Shown here: positions 1-8,421 of the stretch, piece after piece
Numbering within the stretch: position 1 is the stretch's first letter
Layout: each line of letters opens with the position of its first letter
DNA from: an uncultured Acidimicrobiaceae bacterium
GTDB lineage: Bacteria; Actinomycetota; Acidimicrobiia; Acidimicrobiales; RAAP-2
Direction: 5' to 3'
Length of the DNA stretch: 64,000 nucleotides
Assembly (NCBI GenBank): GCA_963768185.1
Contig: CAVYGS010000005.1
Location: forward strand, 1,203,666-1,267,665
The notes under the pieces: model-generated
Seen by the model: the letters and a program-made list of their open reading frames with translations, nothing else
Told to the model about the DNA's origin: nothing
The model's database searches: none
Translations under genes and position numbers: made by a program

Positions 1-366
1 CAGGGTCGGCGACTCGAACGACGCAATCGCGCTCTGGGGGATCACGTCCACCTGGTTGACCTGCATGCCGACCACGACGGTGTCACCGACGTTGCGGACG
101 GAGGTGACGGTCCCCACGCGGACGCCGAGGAGGTTGACCGCGGCACCGGGAAAGAGGCCGGGCGTGTTCGCGAACACCGCGGTGACCGGGTACGTGGTGG
201 TCCCGCTCGAGACCTCGAAAGCGACGAGCGCGGCGAGAACAAGTGCGGCGGCGAGGAGGATCACCCAGGGCGAGCGGCGAGCGCCGGTGCGCCCGTCGTC
301 GGGCCGGACCCTGATCGGCGGCACCACCGGCAGCCGCCGGGTGGGACGTGTGACGGTGGTGGTCAC
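1..366 (-). CDS. Mce-family (MlaD-domain) protein, N-terminal part; gene continues past the left edge
   Basis: Absent from the ORF track because it starts with GTG (364-366, GTGA overlap with the upstream mce stop) and stays open to position 1. My translation is VTTTVTRPTRRLPVVPPIRV..RRSPWVILLAAALVLAALVAFEVSSGTTTYPVTAVFANTPGLFPGAAVNLLGVRVGTVTSVRNVGDTVVVGMQVN. That is a TM anchor followed by the start of an MCE domain, the same layout as the three genes upstream. Confidence 0.7.
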   Translation of the reverse strand, partial: MTTTVTRPTRRLPVVPPIRVRPDDGRTGARRSPWVILLAAALVLAALVAFEVSSGTTTYPVTAVFANTPGLFPGAAVNLLGVRVGTVTSVRNVGDTVVVGMQVNQVDVIPQSAIASFESPTL

Positions 367-1604
367 TCGCTGCCGCCGATCAGGGGATCGAATAGCTGCT
401 CAAGCCCGCCCACCCCCGTGCTCGGCGCGTCGGACGGGTTGGACCCGCCGAGGGCCGAGGAGGCGGGGCTCGACGTCGAGGCGCTCGAGCCTGACCCGCC
501 GGTCGAGTTGCCCCCACCGGTCGAGGTGCCCCCGCCCGGCAGCGGGCCGGTCTGGTCGGCGCAGGGCAGCGGATCTGGCCCGAGGGCCAGGTCGAGCGCC
601 TGGTCCAGGGCGCCACAGGGCCCGAGGACGCCGAAGGCACCGCCGAGGGTGACCGGGTTGGTGAAAATGTTCGCCCACGTGTTGGGGTAGTCCGACGGCC
701 CCGAGTAGCCGACCGACGCGAAGCCCTTCACGCCCGACGCGAGATAGGACAGCCCCTCGGCCAGGTCGACCTGGTGCTGCGACACGATGCCGAGCACCGA
801 GTGGAGGTTCTGGAGCAGTGAGTTCAGCTGCGGCTGGTTGCCCCCGACGAGGGCGGAGGTCTGGGCGGCCATCTGCTCGATGTTGTCGATCAGGCTGCCC
901 AGCTGGCCGCTGTGCGCGGCGAGGCCGGCGACCACGGTGTTGAGGTTGTCGATGAGTGACACGAGCGCCTGGTCGTGGCTCGCGAGCGTGGAGGACACCT
1001 GCTGGGCGGAGTCGATCAGCTGGGACACCTCGCCCGAGCGCTGGTTGACCGTGGTGGTCAGTGCCCCCAGTCCGTCGATGATCTCTTTCACCTGGGTCTG
1101 CTTGCCCTGGGTGATCGTGCCGAGCTCCTCGACGAGCGAGTTGAGCGCCTTCGCGTTGGTTTGGGTCAAGAGGTGTCCGGCGGTGTTCTGCAGCTGGTAG
1201 ATCTGCACCGGCACCTGGGTGTCGCTGATGAGTGCGCCCGCCTGTAGCGGGTGCGACCAGCCGCCCAGGGGATCGAGCGACACGTCCTCCAGGCCGAGGA
1301 GGGTCTGCACCTGGACAGCCGCCGCGGTGTCGTGCGGGAGCACGGTCCCCTGGTTCAAGTTGAGCGTCGCGATGACCGAGTTCCCGGCGAGCTGCACCTT
1401 GCCCACCGAGCCGACGGGGACGCCAGCCAGCAGGACCTGGGTGCCCTTCGCGATCCCCGCCGCGTTCGAGAAGCGCGCCTCGACCGGGTAGGTGGAGGAG
1501 AAGAGCCCGCGGTTGAAAACGATGACCGCTCCGACGATGAGCGACATGATGACGAGCGCGACGGCCCCCAACGTGCGCGGGTTGCGGTCGCCGAAGGCCT
1601 TCAC
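363..1604 (-). CDS. Mce-family protein
   Basis: ORF 363..1835. Family-like sequence starts at GTG 1604 (VKAFGDRNPRTLGAVALVIMSLIVGAVIVFN..YPVEARFSNAAGIAKGTQVLLAGVPVGSVGKV), which overlaps the upstream stop (GTGA). Architecture is TM anchor, MCE domain, long helical region and a G/S/T-rich tail. Confidence 0.85.
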   Translation of the reverse strand: MKAFGDRNPRTLGAVALVIMSLIVGAVIVFNRGLFSSTYPVEARFSNAAGIAKGTQVLLAGVPVGSVGKVQLAGNSVIATLNLNQGTVLPHDTAAAVQVQTLLGLEDVSLDPLGGWSHPLQAGALISDTQVPVQIYQLQNTAGHLLTQTNAKALNSLVEELGTITQGKQTQVKEIIDGLGALTTTVNQRSGEVSQLIDSAQQVSSTLASHDQALVSLIDNLNTVVAGLAAHSGQLGSLIDNIEQMAAQTSALVGGNQPQLNSLLQNLHSVLGIVSQHQVDLAEGLSYLASGVKGFASVGYSGPSDYPNTWANIFTNPVTLGGAFGVLGPCGALDQALDLALGPDPLPCADQTGPLPGGGTSTGGGNSTGGSGSSASTSSPASSALGGSNPSDAPSTGVGGLEQLFDPLIGGSE

Positions 1605-2746
1605 TGCCCGCTCCCCGAGTCCGAGGCACCGCTCCCCCCGACCGTGCCGAGGATGTCGGGGATCGACGAGGTTCCCGACGGTGCCGAGGAAGCCGACGGC
1701 AGCGAGGGGACCTGCGGCGAGGTGCCGCTGGGCGAGCCGCCCGGGCCGGAACCGGCCGGTGGGTTGGTCGGCTCGTAGTAGGAACACGCCGTCTCGTTGG
1801 CGAGGCAGGTGTAGACGGTCTGGATCTGGAACCACTGCCCCCAGGCCGAGATCTCGGTGTAGGGGGCGAGCCCCTCCCCCAACCCACTCAGACCCTCCGA
1901 GAGGTCCTGCTGGTTCTGGTTGAGGGTGGACAGGACCGTGTCCAGGCTCGAGATGCTCTGCGAGAGGTTGGATTGATTGGCTCCGAGCAGGCTGGCGAGG
2001 TCACTCGAGACCTGCGAGAGGTTGCCGACCACGTCGTCAAGCAGCGAGTTGTGCGTCGCCAGCGACTGGGAGACCAGCTGCAGGTTGGTCACCAGCGTGC
2101 CGAGGTCGCCGCTGCGCGACGCGATTGCCGTGAGCACCTGGTCGAGGTTGTCGATGATGGCGCCCACCTGGGTGTTCAGGTCGCCCACGGTCTTGGACAC
2201 CGCTGCGCCGCTGTTGAGCAGCTGGTTGATCTGGGCGGTGTCACCCTCGATCGCCCCCGAGACGCCGGTGACGAAGGCGTTGCCCTCGCTCGGGCTGATC
2301 GACTGGAGGAAAGGGCCAAGCGAGTTCAACAGCGCGTTCACGCTCGCGTCGGAGACGTCGTGGCTGAGTGGAAGCACCGTCCCGGGCGGCAGTTCGCTGC
2401 CCTGCGCGCTCGGATAGAGGTACATGTCCTTCTGCCCGATGACGTTCTGCCACCGCACGCCAAAGTCCGACGCCGAGCGCAGCTTGACCGAGTCGTTGAT
2501 GCTCATGGTCACGAGCGCGTGGGCGCGCTGGACCGCGATGCCACTGACCTGGCCCACCGGCACGCCTGCGATGTCCACCGGGTCCCCGGTGTCGAGCCCG
2601 GTCACGTCAGCGACCTGCGCGTAATAGGTGTGGCGCGAGGAGAAGAACGAGAGGTTGCCGATCTTGATGGCGAGGAGTGCGAGCAGCACGAGGCACACGA
2701 CGCCGAACACGGCGAACTTGATCGCGGACCGGCCCCAGCGCTTCAC
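1601..2746 (-). CDS. Mce-family protein
   Basis: ORF 1601..2746: MKRWGRSAIKFAVFGVVCLVLLALLAIKIGN..YYAQVADVTGLDTGDPVDIAGVPVGQVSGI. TM anchor plus MCE domain. The GTG start overlaps the upstream stop (GTGA). Confidence 0.9.
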   Translation of the reverse strand: MKRWGRSAIKFAVFGVVCLVLLALLAIKIGNLSFFSSRHTYYAQVADVTGLDTGDPVDIAGVPVGQVSGIAVQRAHALVTMSINDSVKLRSASDFGVRWQNVIGQKDMYLYPSAQGSELPPGTVLPLSHDVSDASVNALLNSLGPFLQSISPSEGNAFVTGVSGAIEGDTAQINQLLNSGAAVSKTVGDLNTQVGAIIDNLDQVLTAIASRSGDLGTLVTNLQLVSQSLATHNSLLDDVVGNLSQVSSDLASLLGANQSNLSQSISSLDTVLSTLNQNQQDLSEGLSGLGEGLAPYTEISAWGQWFQIQTVYTCLANETACSYYEPTNPPAGSGPGGSPSGTSPQVPSLPSASSAPSGTSSIPDILGTVGGSGASDSGSGQ

Positions 2747-4011
2747 AATCCACCCCCGAGCAGCGAGTCGACGTAGCCGCTGAGGCTCTGGGTGGTCGGG
2801 CTCGAGGGCTGGCCCAGGATCCCGTAGACCTGGTTGTCGATCGACTGGAGCGCCTGTTGGGCCTGCGTGCTCGAGGTCGGGTCGGGCGTGCCAGCCCCGC
2901 CGACCGTGCTCTGCAGCGAATCGAACTGCGCGAGCTCCGACGAGCAGTTGAACGCCGATCCGGACCCGACGAGGGCCTCCTGGAGCGGCTCCAGGTAGGA
3001 GAGGTTCGGCTCGTCCGGTGCGATCAGGCTGCAGATCAGCTGATTGACGTCGGAGAAGAGGATGAAGGAGTTGAAGTACCCGAAGCGGGAGCCGTCGGGC
3101 AGGACGACCGGGCTCACCGTGTGGCCGATCTTGTAGATGTACTCGTAGAGGCCCTGGATGAACTGCCCCACGTCCGACGCCTGCGCCGTCAAGACCCGCG
3201 ACACGTTGTCACCGTTCGCGATGAGCGCCGCGATATCGGGGTGGTAGTCGGTGAGCAGCGTGCTCAGGTGCTCGGAGAACGAGGTGACCGCCGCAAGGAG
3301 TTTGGCGTAGTCGGCGGCGTCGGCATTGAAAGTGGGCAGCGCCAGGTTCTCCTGGGCGGAGAGCTCATTGATCGCGCTCGTCGCCGGCGCGAGAGCACCC
3401 GCGAAGTTGGCGAACGAGTCGAGCGCGGCCAGCTGGGCCTGCAAGGTCGAGTCCAAGAGCGCGGCCAGCTGCGCGGCTTCGCCGAAGGACGCCGCGATCT
3501 GCGGGCCCTCGCCGGCCGACCCCTGGGCGAGCTCGGAGACCACCGTGGAGAGGGCGTTGGCGTTAATCCTCTCGAGCAACGGGTCGGCCGCGGCGAACAA
3601 GTCGCCCAGGTCGTCGGAGTCCTCGGTCTTGGGGATCGTCGAACCGGGCGGCAGGAACGGCGGCGCGAGGGCCTCATTCGGGGTGGTGAGCGAGACCTGA
3701 TCTGCCCCGAACAGGTTGATCGGTCCGATCGTGGCGGTGGCGTCGTCGGGGACCCGGAAGCCCTGGTCGATCAGCAGGGTGACCTTCGCCTTGGTCCCCG
3801 CCAGCGCCATCGTCGAGACCTCGCCCACCTGGACGCCCCGGAAGACGACCTCCGAACCGGAGTGCAGGCCCTGACCGGCCCCGTCGAAGTAGCCGGCGAG
3901 CGCGTATCGGTTGGAGAAGTCGCCGTCGGACCAGCGCACGAGGGCGGCGCAGACCCCGGCGATGACCAGGATCGCCAACCCCACCACGACGAGGCGGCGG
4001 GGCTGGTTCAT
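2743..4011 (-). CDS. Mce-family protein (first mce gene of the operon)
   Basis: Only the last 422 codons of ORF 2743..4860 are Mce-like: MNQPRRLVVVGLAILVIAGVCAALV..YALAGYFDGAGQGLHSGSEVVFRGVQVGEVSTM. ATG 4011 overlaps the yrbEB stop (ATGA). Confidence 0.9.
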   Translation of the reverse strand: MNQPRRLVVVGLAILVIAGVCAALVRWSDGDFSNRYALAGYFDGAGQGLHSGSEVVFRGVQVGEVSTMALAGTKAKVTLLIDQGFRVPDDATATIGPINLFGADQVSLTTPNEALAPPFLPPGSTIPKTEDSDDLGDLFAAADPLLERINANALSTVVSELAQGSAGEGPQIAASFGEAAQLAALLDSTLQAQLAALDSFANFAGALAPATSAINELSAQENLALPTFNADAADYAKLLAAVTSFSEHLSTLLTDYHPDIAALIANGDNVSRVLTAQASDVGQFIQGLYEYIYKIGHTVSPVVLPDGSRFGYFNSFILFSDVNQLICSLIAPDEPNLSYLEPLQEALVGSGSAFNCSSELAQFDSLQSTVGGAGTPDPTSSTQAQQALQSIDNQVYGILGQPSSPTTQSLSGYVDSLLGGGL

Positions 4012-4860
4012 CCGACCAACTTCGCCGTGACGTTGATGCCGCCGAAGAGGACCAGCGACATGAGCAGGTTGACCAGGACGATCATGATGATCGAGAGGCG
4101 GATCGCGCGGCCCACTGCGACGCCCACCTCGGCCGGCCCGCCCCGCACGTTGTAGCCGTAGTAACAGTGGATGAGCGTGACCAGGATCGCGAAGACGATG
4201 GCCTTCAAGAACGAGTAGAAGATGTCGATCGGCGGCAGGAACAGCTGGAAGTAGTGCTGGTAGGTGCCGGTCGACAGTCCGAAGAATTTGGTCACGATGA
4301 GCTCGGTGGCCAGGTAGCTCGAGAACAGCGCGGCCAGATACAGCGGGATCATCGTGATCAGCGCGGCCCAGACCCGGGTCGCTACGAGGTAGAGGACGCT
4401 GTTGATCCCCATCACCTCGAGCGCGTCGATCTCCTCGGAGATCCGCATGGCACCGAGCTGCGCGGTAAACCCGGCGCCGACCTGCGCGGCCAGCGCGATG
4501 CCGGCGACGAGCGGTGTGATCTCGCGCGTGTTGGCGAGCGACGACACGACGCCGGTGAACGCCTGCGCGCCGATTTGGGCCAGTCCGGTGAACCCCTCGA
4601 GTCCGACCTCCGTCCCGGTGAAAAACGCGATGGCGACGACGACGAAGAGCATCCCGCCACCGACGACGAGCGCACCCGGTCCGATCGTGATGTCGGCCAT
4701 GAGGACGGCGATCTCTTTGCGGTAGCGCAGCGCACGGGGCATCGATCGGAAGATGCGCTGGTAGAAGTGCAGCTGCCAGAAGAACCCGTCGAAACTCGCT
4801 GCCGTCGAGCCGCACGCCGGCCGGGATCCGGGACTGCGCCGAGCTCGCCGTGGTCGTCAT
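4008..4860 (-). pseudogene. yrbEB: YrbE/MlaE-family ABC permease (second copy), interrupted by a 1-nt frameshift near the N-terminus
   Basis: ORF 4008..4742 is a YrbE/MlaE body (..ALRYRKEIAVL..GAMRISEEIDALEVMGINSVLYLVATRVWAAL..). The in-frame stretch upstream (..STAASFDGFFWQLHFYQRIFRS) is still family-like but has no start codon. ATG 4860, one nt after the yrbEA stop, sits one frame off. Removing one T of the TTT run (plus-strand aaa 4792-4794) joins MTTTASSAQSRIPAGVRLDGSEF to DGFFWQ... Length is 853 nt = 3n+1. Confidence 0.8.
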
Positions 4861-4861
4861 C

Positions 4862-5594
4862 TCAGAGCGACTTCTGCGGGATGAAGTTGAAGTAGAAGAT
4901 CGTGATCACGAAGTTGACGAAGAAGGCGAGCACGAAGGTGATGACGACGGCCTGGTTCACGGCATCACCCACGCCCTTCGGTCCGCCCTTGGCGAACATG
5001 CCCTTGTAACAGGCGACCATCGCGGCCAAGAACCCGAACACGGCCGCCTTGAAGAGCGCGATTCCGAGGTCGGCCAGCTGGGCCAGCTCGTCGAAGCTGG
5101 CGAAGAAGCTGCTCTGGGTGACGTGCACGGAGTGCTCGCCGAAGAAGAGCCCACCGGCGATCCCCGCCACACTCACGACCGCGTCGAGCAGCACGGCGAC
5201 CACCGTGGCCGCGAGCAAGGCGAGGCAGCACCAGCCGGTGGACGGGGTTGATCCCCATGACCTCCATCGCCGAGATCTCGTCCCGGGTGCGCCGGGAGCC
5301 AAGGTCGGCGCACATGGCCGACCCGCCGGCACCCGCGATGAGCAGCGCAGTCGCGACGGGTGCCTGCTCGCGAACGACCGCCAGGACCATTGCGGCGCCG
5401 AGTTGTGACTGTGCACCGATCTGCTGGAGGAGGGAACCGACCTCGACCGCGATCACCATGCCGAAGGGGATCGAGACCAGGATCAGCGGGAGCGTGGTCA
5501 CCCGGGCCAGGAACCAGCACTGGTCGAAGAACTCAGAGATCGGCAGGCCGCGCCGGAAGAGCTGCCGGAGCGCGTCGAGAGCGATGGCGAACAT
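4862..5594 (-). pseudogene. yrbEA: YrbE/MlaE-family ABC permease (first copy), interrupted by a 1-nt frameshift
   Basis: The N-terminal two thirds lie in ORF 4965..6104 (MFAIALDALRQLFRRGLPISEFFDQCWFLARVTTLPLILVSIPFG..DEISAMEVMGINPVHRLVLPR). The C-terminal third lies in ORF 4862..5416 (LLAATVVAVLLDAVVSVAG..GGPKGVGDAVNQAVVITFVLAFFVNFVITIFYFNF). The frames join if one base is removed around 5217-5220. ATG 5594 is preceded by AGGAGA. Length is 733 nt = 3n+1. Confidence 0.8.
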
Positions 5595-5937
5595 GTTGCC
5601 GGTCTCCTGGACAAGCCCGAGGAACCGGTCGAAGGGCCAGGTCTGAGAGACCCGCCCGCGGTGCGGGGTGGCCTCGGGCTCACCGGGCGCGCCGTGCGTC
5701 CGGGCCCGTTCCCCCGCACCGGGTGGCCGTCGATGCTCATGCGGCCCGCCGGCCGCAGCGTGCGCTGTGTTCCATCGTCCTCTCGGCGGTCCCCACTGCC
5801 TGAGGCTTCCCGTCCCCATGGAGCCGTGGCGGCGTGGGCTCCTGCCCACGGTCGACCACGGTCCGTGTGAGCGGGGAACGGCGATGGAGGCCCGAACTTG
5901 CGCCCCCGAGGTGCCCGGTCCCCCCGGTCGAAGGTCC

Positions 5938-5964
5938 AATCCGCCCTCCTTTTGAGGGCGGATT
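5938..5964. other. Perfect 11-bp-stem hairpin in the 665-bp yrbEA/sigma intergenic region
   Basis: aatccgccctc-ctttt-gagggcggatt; the arms are exact reverse complements. No adjacent T/A tract and no gene end nearby, so it is not an obvious intrinsic terminator. Confidence 0.6.
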
Positions 5965-5982
5965 GGCGGGACAATTAGGGGT

Positions 5983-6059
5983 GCAGCCCCGGAAAGATCG
6001 ACCGCGGCCACCCATTTGGGGGACCGGCAGCCGCGGGTTCTGATCTTTGCCGGGGCTGC
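5983..6059. other. Long imperfect inverted repeat (arms about 25 nt, about 23-nt loop)
   Basis: gcagccccggaaagatcgaccgcgg (5983-6007) pairs with ccgcgggttctgatctttgccggggctgc (6031-6059). The outer 17 bp pair with a single bulge. It lies in non-coding DNA between divergent operons. Confidence 0.55.
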
Positions 6060-6259
6060 GAGCCTGGCGATTGGGGTCGGGCCGGTCACCGATCCACCGC
6101 TCACACCCTGAGGAACGGCGCATCTCCGCCAACCTGGCGAAGATCATTTTGGCGACCCTCACGCACGGGCTGCCCCTGGTTGAGAGGTTTCCGGGGCCAA
6201 AACCCGGGGTAGCGTGTAGCGCACAAAATAGGGTGAGCATCTCTTCGGGGGACCTAGAG

Positions 6260-6658
6260 GTGGCAGACAGCAGGCTCCAGCGACACTCCTTTGGTGCGCG
6301 CGGAGGGGACGTCGATCTCGATCGGGACCGGGCGCTGGTGCGGCGGTGCCAGGAGGGCGACGGCGCGGCCTTCGCCGAGCTGTACACCCAGTACCACGAT
6401 CGCTTGCACCGCTTCTGCGTGCGCCGATTGGTCGACCGCGACGAGGCCGACGAGGTCACCCAGGAAGCCTTCCTCCGCGCCTGGCGCGCACTGCCGTCGT
6501 TCTCCGGCGAGCAGCGCTTCTACCCGTGGCTCACCGTTATCGCAAAGAACCTCTGCACCGACGCGCTGCGTCGGCGGGCCCGCTACGGCACCGTCGAGGA
6601 CTTCGACCGCCAGCCCGTCAATGACGGACGCGTGCGGATCCTTCGGCCACGACGATGA
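6260..6658 (+). CDS. ECF-type sigma-70 family protein, region 2 part only; the ORF stops in the r2-r4 linker
   Basis: Within ORF 6047..6658: DRALVRRCQEGDGAAFAELYTQYHDRLHRFCVRRLVDRDEADEVTQEAFLRAWRALPSFSGEQRFYPWLTVIAKNLCTDALRRR, i.e. sigma70 regions 2.1-2.4. GTG 6260 is the first plausible start. Stop TGA 6656-6658 overlaps ATG 6655 of the region-4 ORF. This is either a -1 frameshift or a genuine split. Confidence 0.8.
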   Translation: MADSRLQRHSFGARGGDVDLDRDRALVRRCQEGDGAAFAELYTQYHDRLHRFCVRRLVDRDEADEVTQEAFLRAWRALPSFSGEQRFYPWLTVIAKNLCTDALRRRARYGTVEDFDRQPVNDGRVRILRPRR

Positions 6659-7510
6659 GCTCCGAGGAGGCGGTCATGGCCGCCTTCGATGGCCAGCTCG
6701 CTGCCGAGGCGTTGACCAGGCTGTCGGACCGCCATCGCAACGTGCTCGCGCTGCGCGAGGAGGCCGGACTCTCCTATCAGGAGATCGCGCGGGCCGAGGG
6801 TGTGGAGATCTCGACCGTCGAGACCCTGCTCTGGCGGGCCCGCCAGGCCCTCAAGCGCGAGTACGCGCAGCTGGCCGGCGTGCGAGTCCTCGGCGGCATC
6901 TTCGTCGGCGTCGGCGCGATCCGGCGCTTCTTCGAGCGGACGGCGAGGCGCTCCTCGCAGGTTGCGATGGCGCTCTCCCGGGTCAACGCCAAGGGGCTGG
7001 CTGCAGCGGGCGTGGTGACGGTCGCCCTGGCGAGCATCGCCGCGACGCAGAGCACGAGCGGCGTCAAAACCCCGGCCACCCCGCCGGCTGCGACCGAGCG
7101 CGGTGCCCTCGGCCATTTCGACGGGCGCCAGTTCAGCAGTCACGCCACCCCAGAGCACCGGCGGGGCGACCACCCCGGCGGGGACCCCGAACGCCACCGG
7201 CTCCGGGTCCTCCGGCTCGTCCACCCCCAGCGCTGTCTCGGGGACCGACTCGTCGGGCAGCCCGGTCGGTTCCGCCGCCGCTGGGGTCAGCCAGGCGGAC
7301 AGCCAGCTCCCGCCCGCACCCGCCGCGGCGGTGTCCACGGTCGTCGACCAGGTGGGGAGCAACCTGAGTCAGACCACCGAAACCCTGAACCAGGTTGTCG
7401 GCGGCGCCGTCGGGTCGCTGCCGCTCCCGGTGGCCACCCCACCGGTCACCCTCCCGCCGCCGGTCACGAAGGCCTCCAGCAGCCTGACCTCGGGCCTGGG
7501 CGGGCTCTGA
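6655..7510 (+). CDS. Sigma-70 region 4 (HTH) continuing into a TM segment and an S/T/P/G-rich tail (anti-sigma-like); needs a +1 frame correction near 7100
   Basis: The start of ORF 6655..8421 reads AEALTRLSDRHRNVLALREEAGLSYQEIARAEGVEISTVETLLWRARQALKRE (region 4.2). It continues without a stop into GLAAAGVVTVALASIAATQ (TM) and KTPATPPAATE. The composition is carried on by ORF 7103..7510 (..STGASSAVTPPQSTGGATTPAGTPNATGSGSSGSS..), one frame off. The rest of the 6655 frame up to 7555 is Arg-rich nonsense. Confidence 0.55.
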
Positions 7511-7554
7511 GGTACCGCACCGCAAGAGGCCCGGTCGTCGGGCGTTCCCAAGGT

Positions 7555-8421
7555 ATGCAGCGGGACCCTGCCGACTCTCCACACATCGAACCCGGAGGTC
7601 CGATCATCTCCCTGCGGGGGGTGACCAAGTCGTTCGGGCCGAACACCGTCTTGGACGACGTCACCTTCGACGTCCCCAAGAGCAAGATCACCGCCATTCT
7701 CGGGCCCTCGGGCACGGGGAAGTCGGTCCTCTTGAAGCACATCGTCGGGCTCCTCAAGCCGGACCGGGGTGAGATCTGGGTCGACGGCGAGAAGATCACC
7801 GGCATGCAGGAGAAGGACGTCTACCGGGTCCGCCGCAAGTTCGGCGTCCTGTTCCAGGACGGAGCCCTTTTCGGCTCGCTCAACCTCTACGACAACATCG
7901 CCTTCCCGCTGCGCGAGCACACGAACCGCTCCGAGAAGCAGATCGCAGAGATCGTCTACCGCAACGCCGAGATGGTGGGCCTGCTCGACCACCTGAAGAA
8001 GCTGCCCGGTGAGGTTTCGGGCGGGATGAAAAAGCGCGCCGGGCTCGCCCGGGCCATGGTCCTCGACCCCGAGATCGTGCTCTTCGACGAGCCCGACTCG
8101 GGACTCGACCCGGTCCGCGTCGCCTACCTCTCCGAGCTCATCCTGGCGATGCAGCACGAGTCGAAGGCGACCTTCTTCATCATCACGCACAACATCGAGT
8201 CGGTCATGCGAGTCGCCGACTACCTCGGCGTGCTGTTCCGATCCCACCTGGTCCGCTTCGCCAGCAAGGAAGACATGATGGCGACCGACGACCCGGTGAT
8301 CACCCAGTTCCTGGCGGGCCGGCCGGACGGGCCGATCGGAATGGACGAGATGGCCGACAGCTCCGAGGACTGGCTCTCCTCCAACGCCGGGACGAACGGC
8401 AAGCAGCTCCTCGCCCGCTAG
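7555..8421 (+). CDS. mkl: Mce/Mla-associated ABC transporter ATP-binding protein (Mkl/MceG/MlaF type)
   Basis: C-terminal 288 codons of ORF 6655..8421, from ATG 7555: ISLRGVTKSFGPNTVLDDVTFDVPKSKITAILGPSGTGKSVLLK (Walker A), LPGEVSGGMKKRAGLARA (signature), IVLFDEPDSGLD (Walker B). It sits next to an mce operon. Confidence 0.9.
   Translation: MQRDPADSPHIEPGGPIISLRGVTKSFGPNTVLDDVTFDVPKSKITAILGPSGTGKSVLLKHIVGLLKPDRGEIWVDGEKITGMQEKDVYRVRRKFGVLFQDGALFGSLNLYDNIAFPLREHTNRSEKQIAEIVYRNAEMVGLLDHLKKLPGEVSGGMKKRAGLARAMVLDPEIVLFDEPDSGLDPVRVAYLSELILAMQHESKATFFIITHNIESVMRVADYLGVLFRSHLVRFASKEDMMATDDPVITQFLAGRPDGPIGMDEMADSSEDWLSSNAGTNGKQLLAR

Noticed and set aside
2743-4860. The composite ORFs 2743..4860 (705 aa), 50768..53419 (883 aa) and 51610..54012 (800 aa), each taken as a single protein.
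   Set aside because: In each case only the C-terminal part matches a family. That part starts at a start codon that overlaps the stop of the upstream gene. The N-terminal extensions overlap neighbouring genes out of frame.
5595-5650. An N-terminal extension of yrbEA (..WPFDRFLGLVQETGN) upstream of ATG 5594.
   Set aside because: No ATG, GTG or TTG occurs in that frame upstream, and ATG 5594 has a good AGGAGA Shine-Dalgarno sequence.
6655-8421. A 588-aa ORF taken as one sigma/ATPase fusion protein.
   Set aside because: It is a chimera of sigma region 4 (6655 to about 6880), a TM stretch, about 450 nt of Arg-rich out-of-frame reading (the real S/T/P-rich frame is 7103..7510), and the Mkl ATPase that has its own ATG at 7555.
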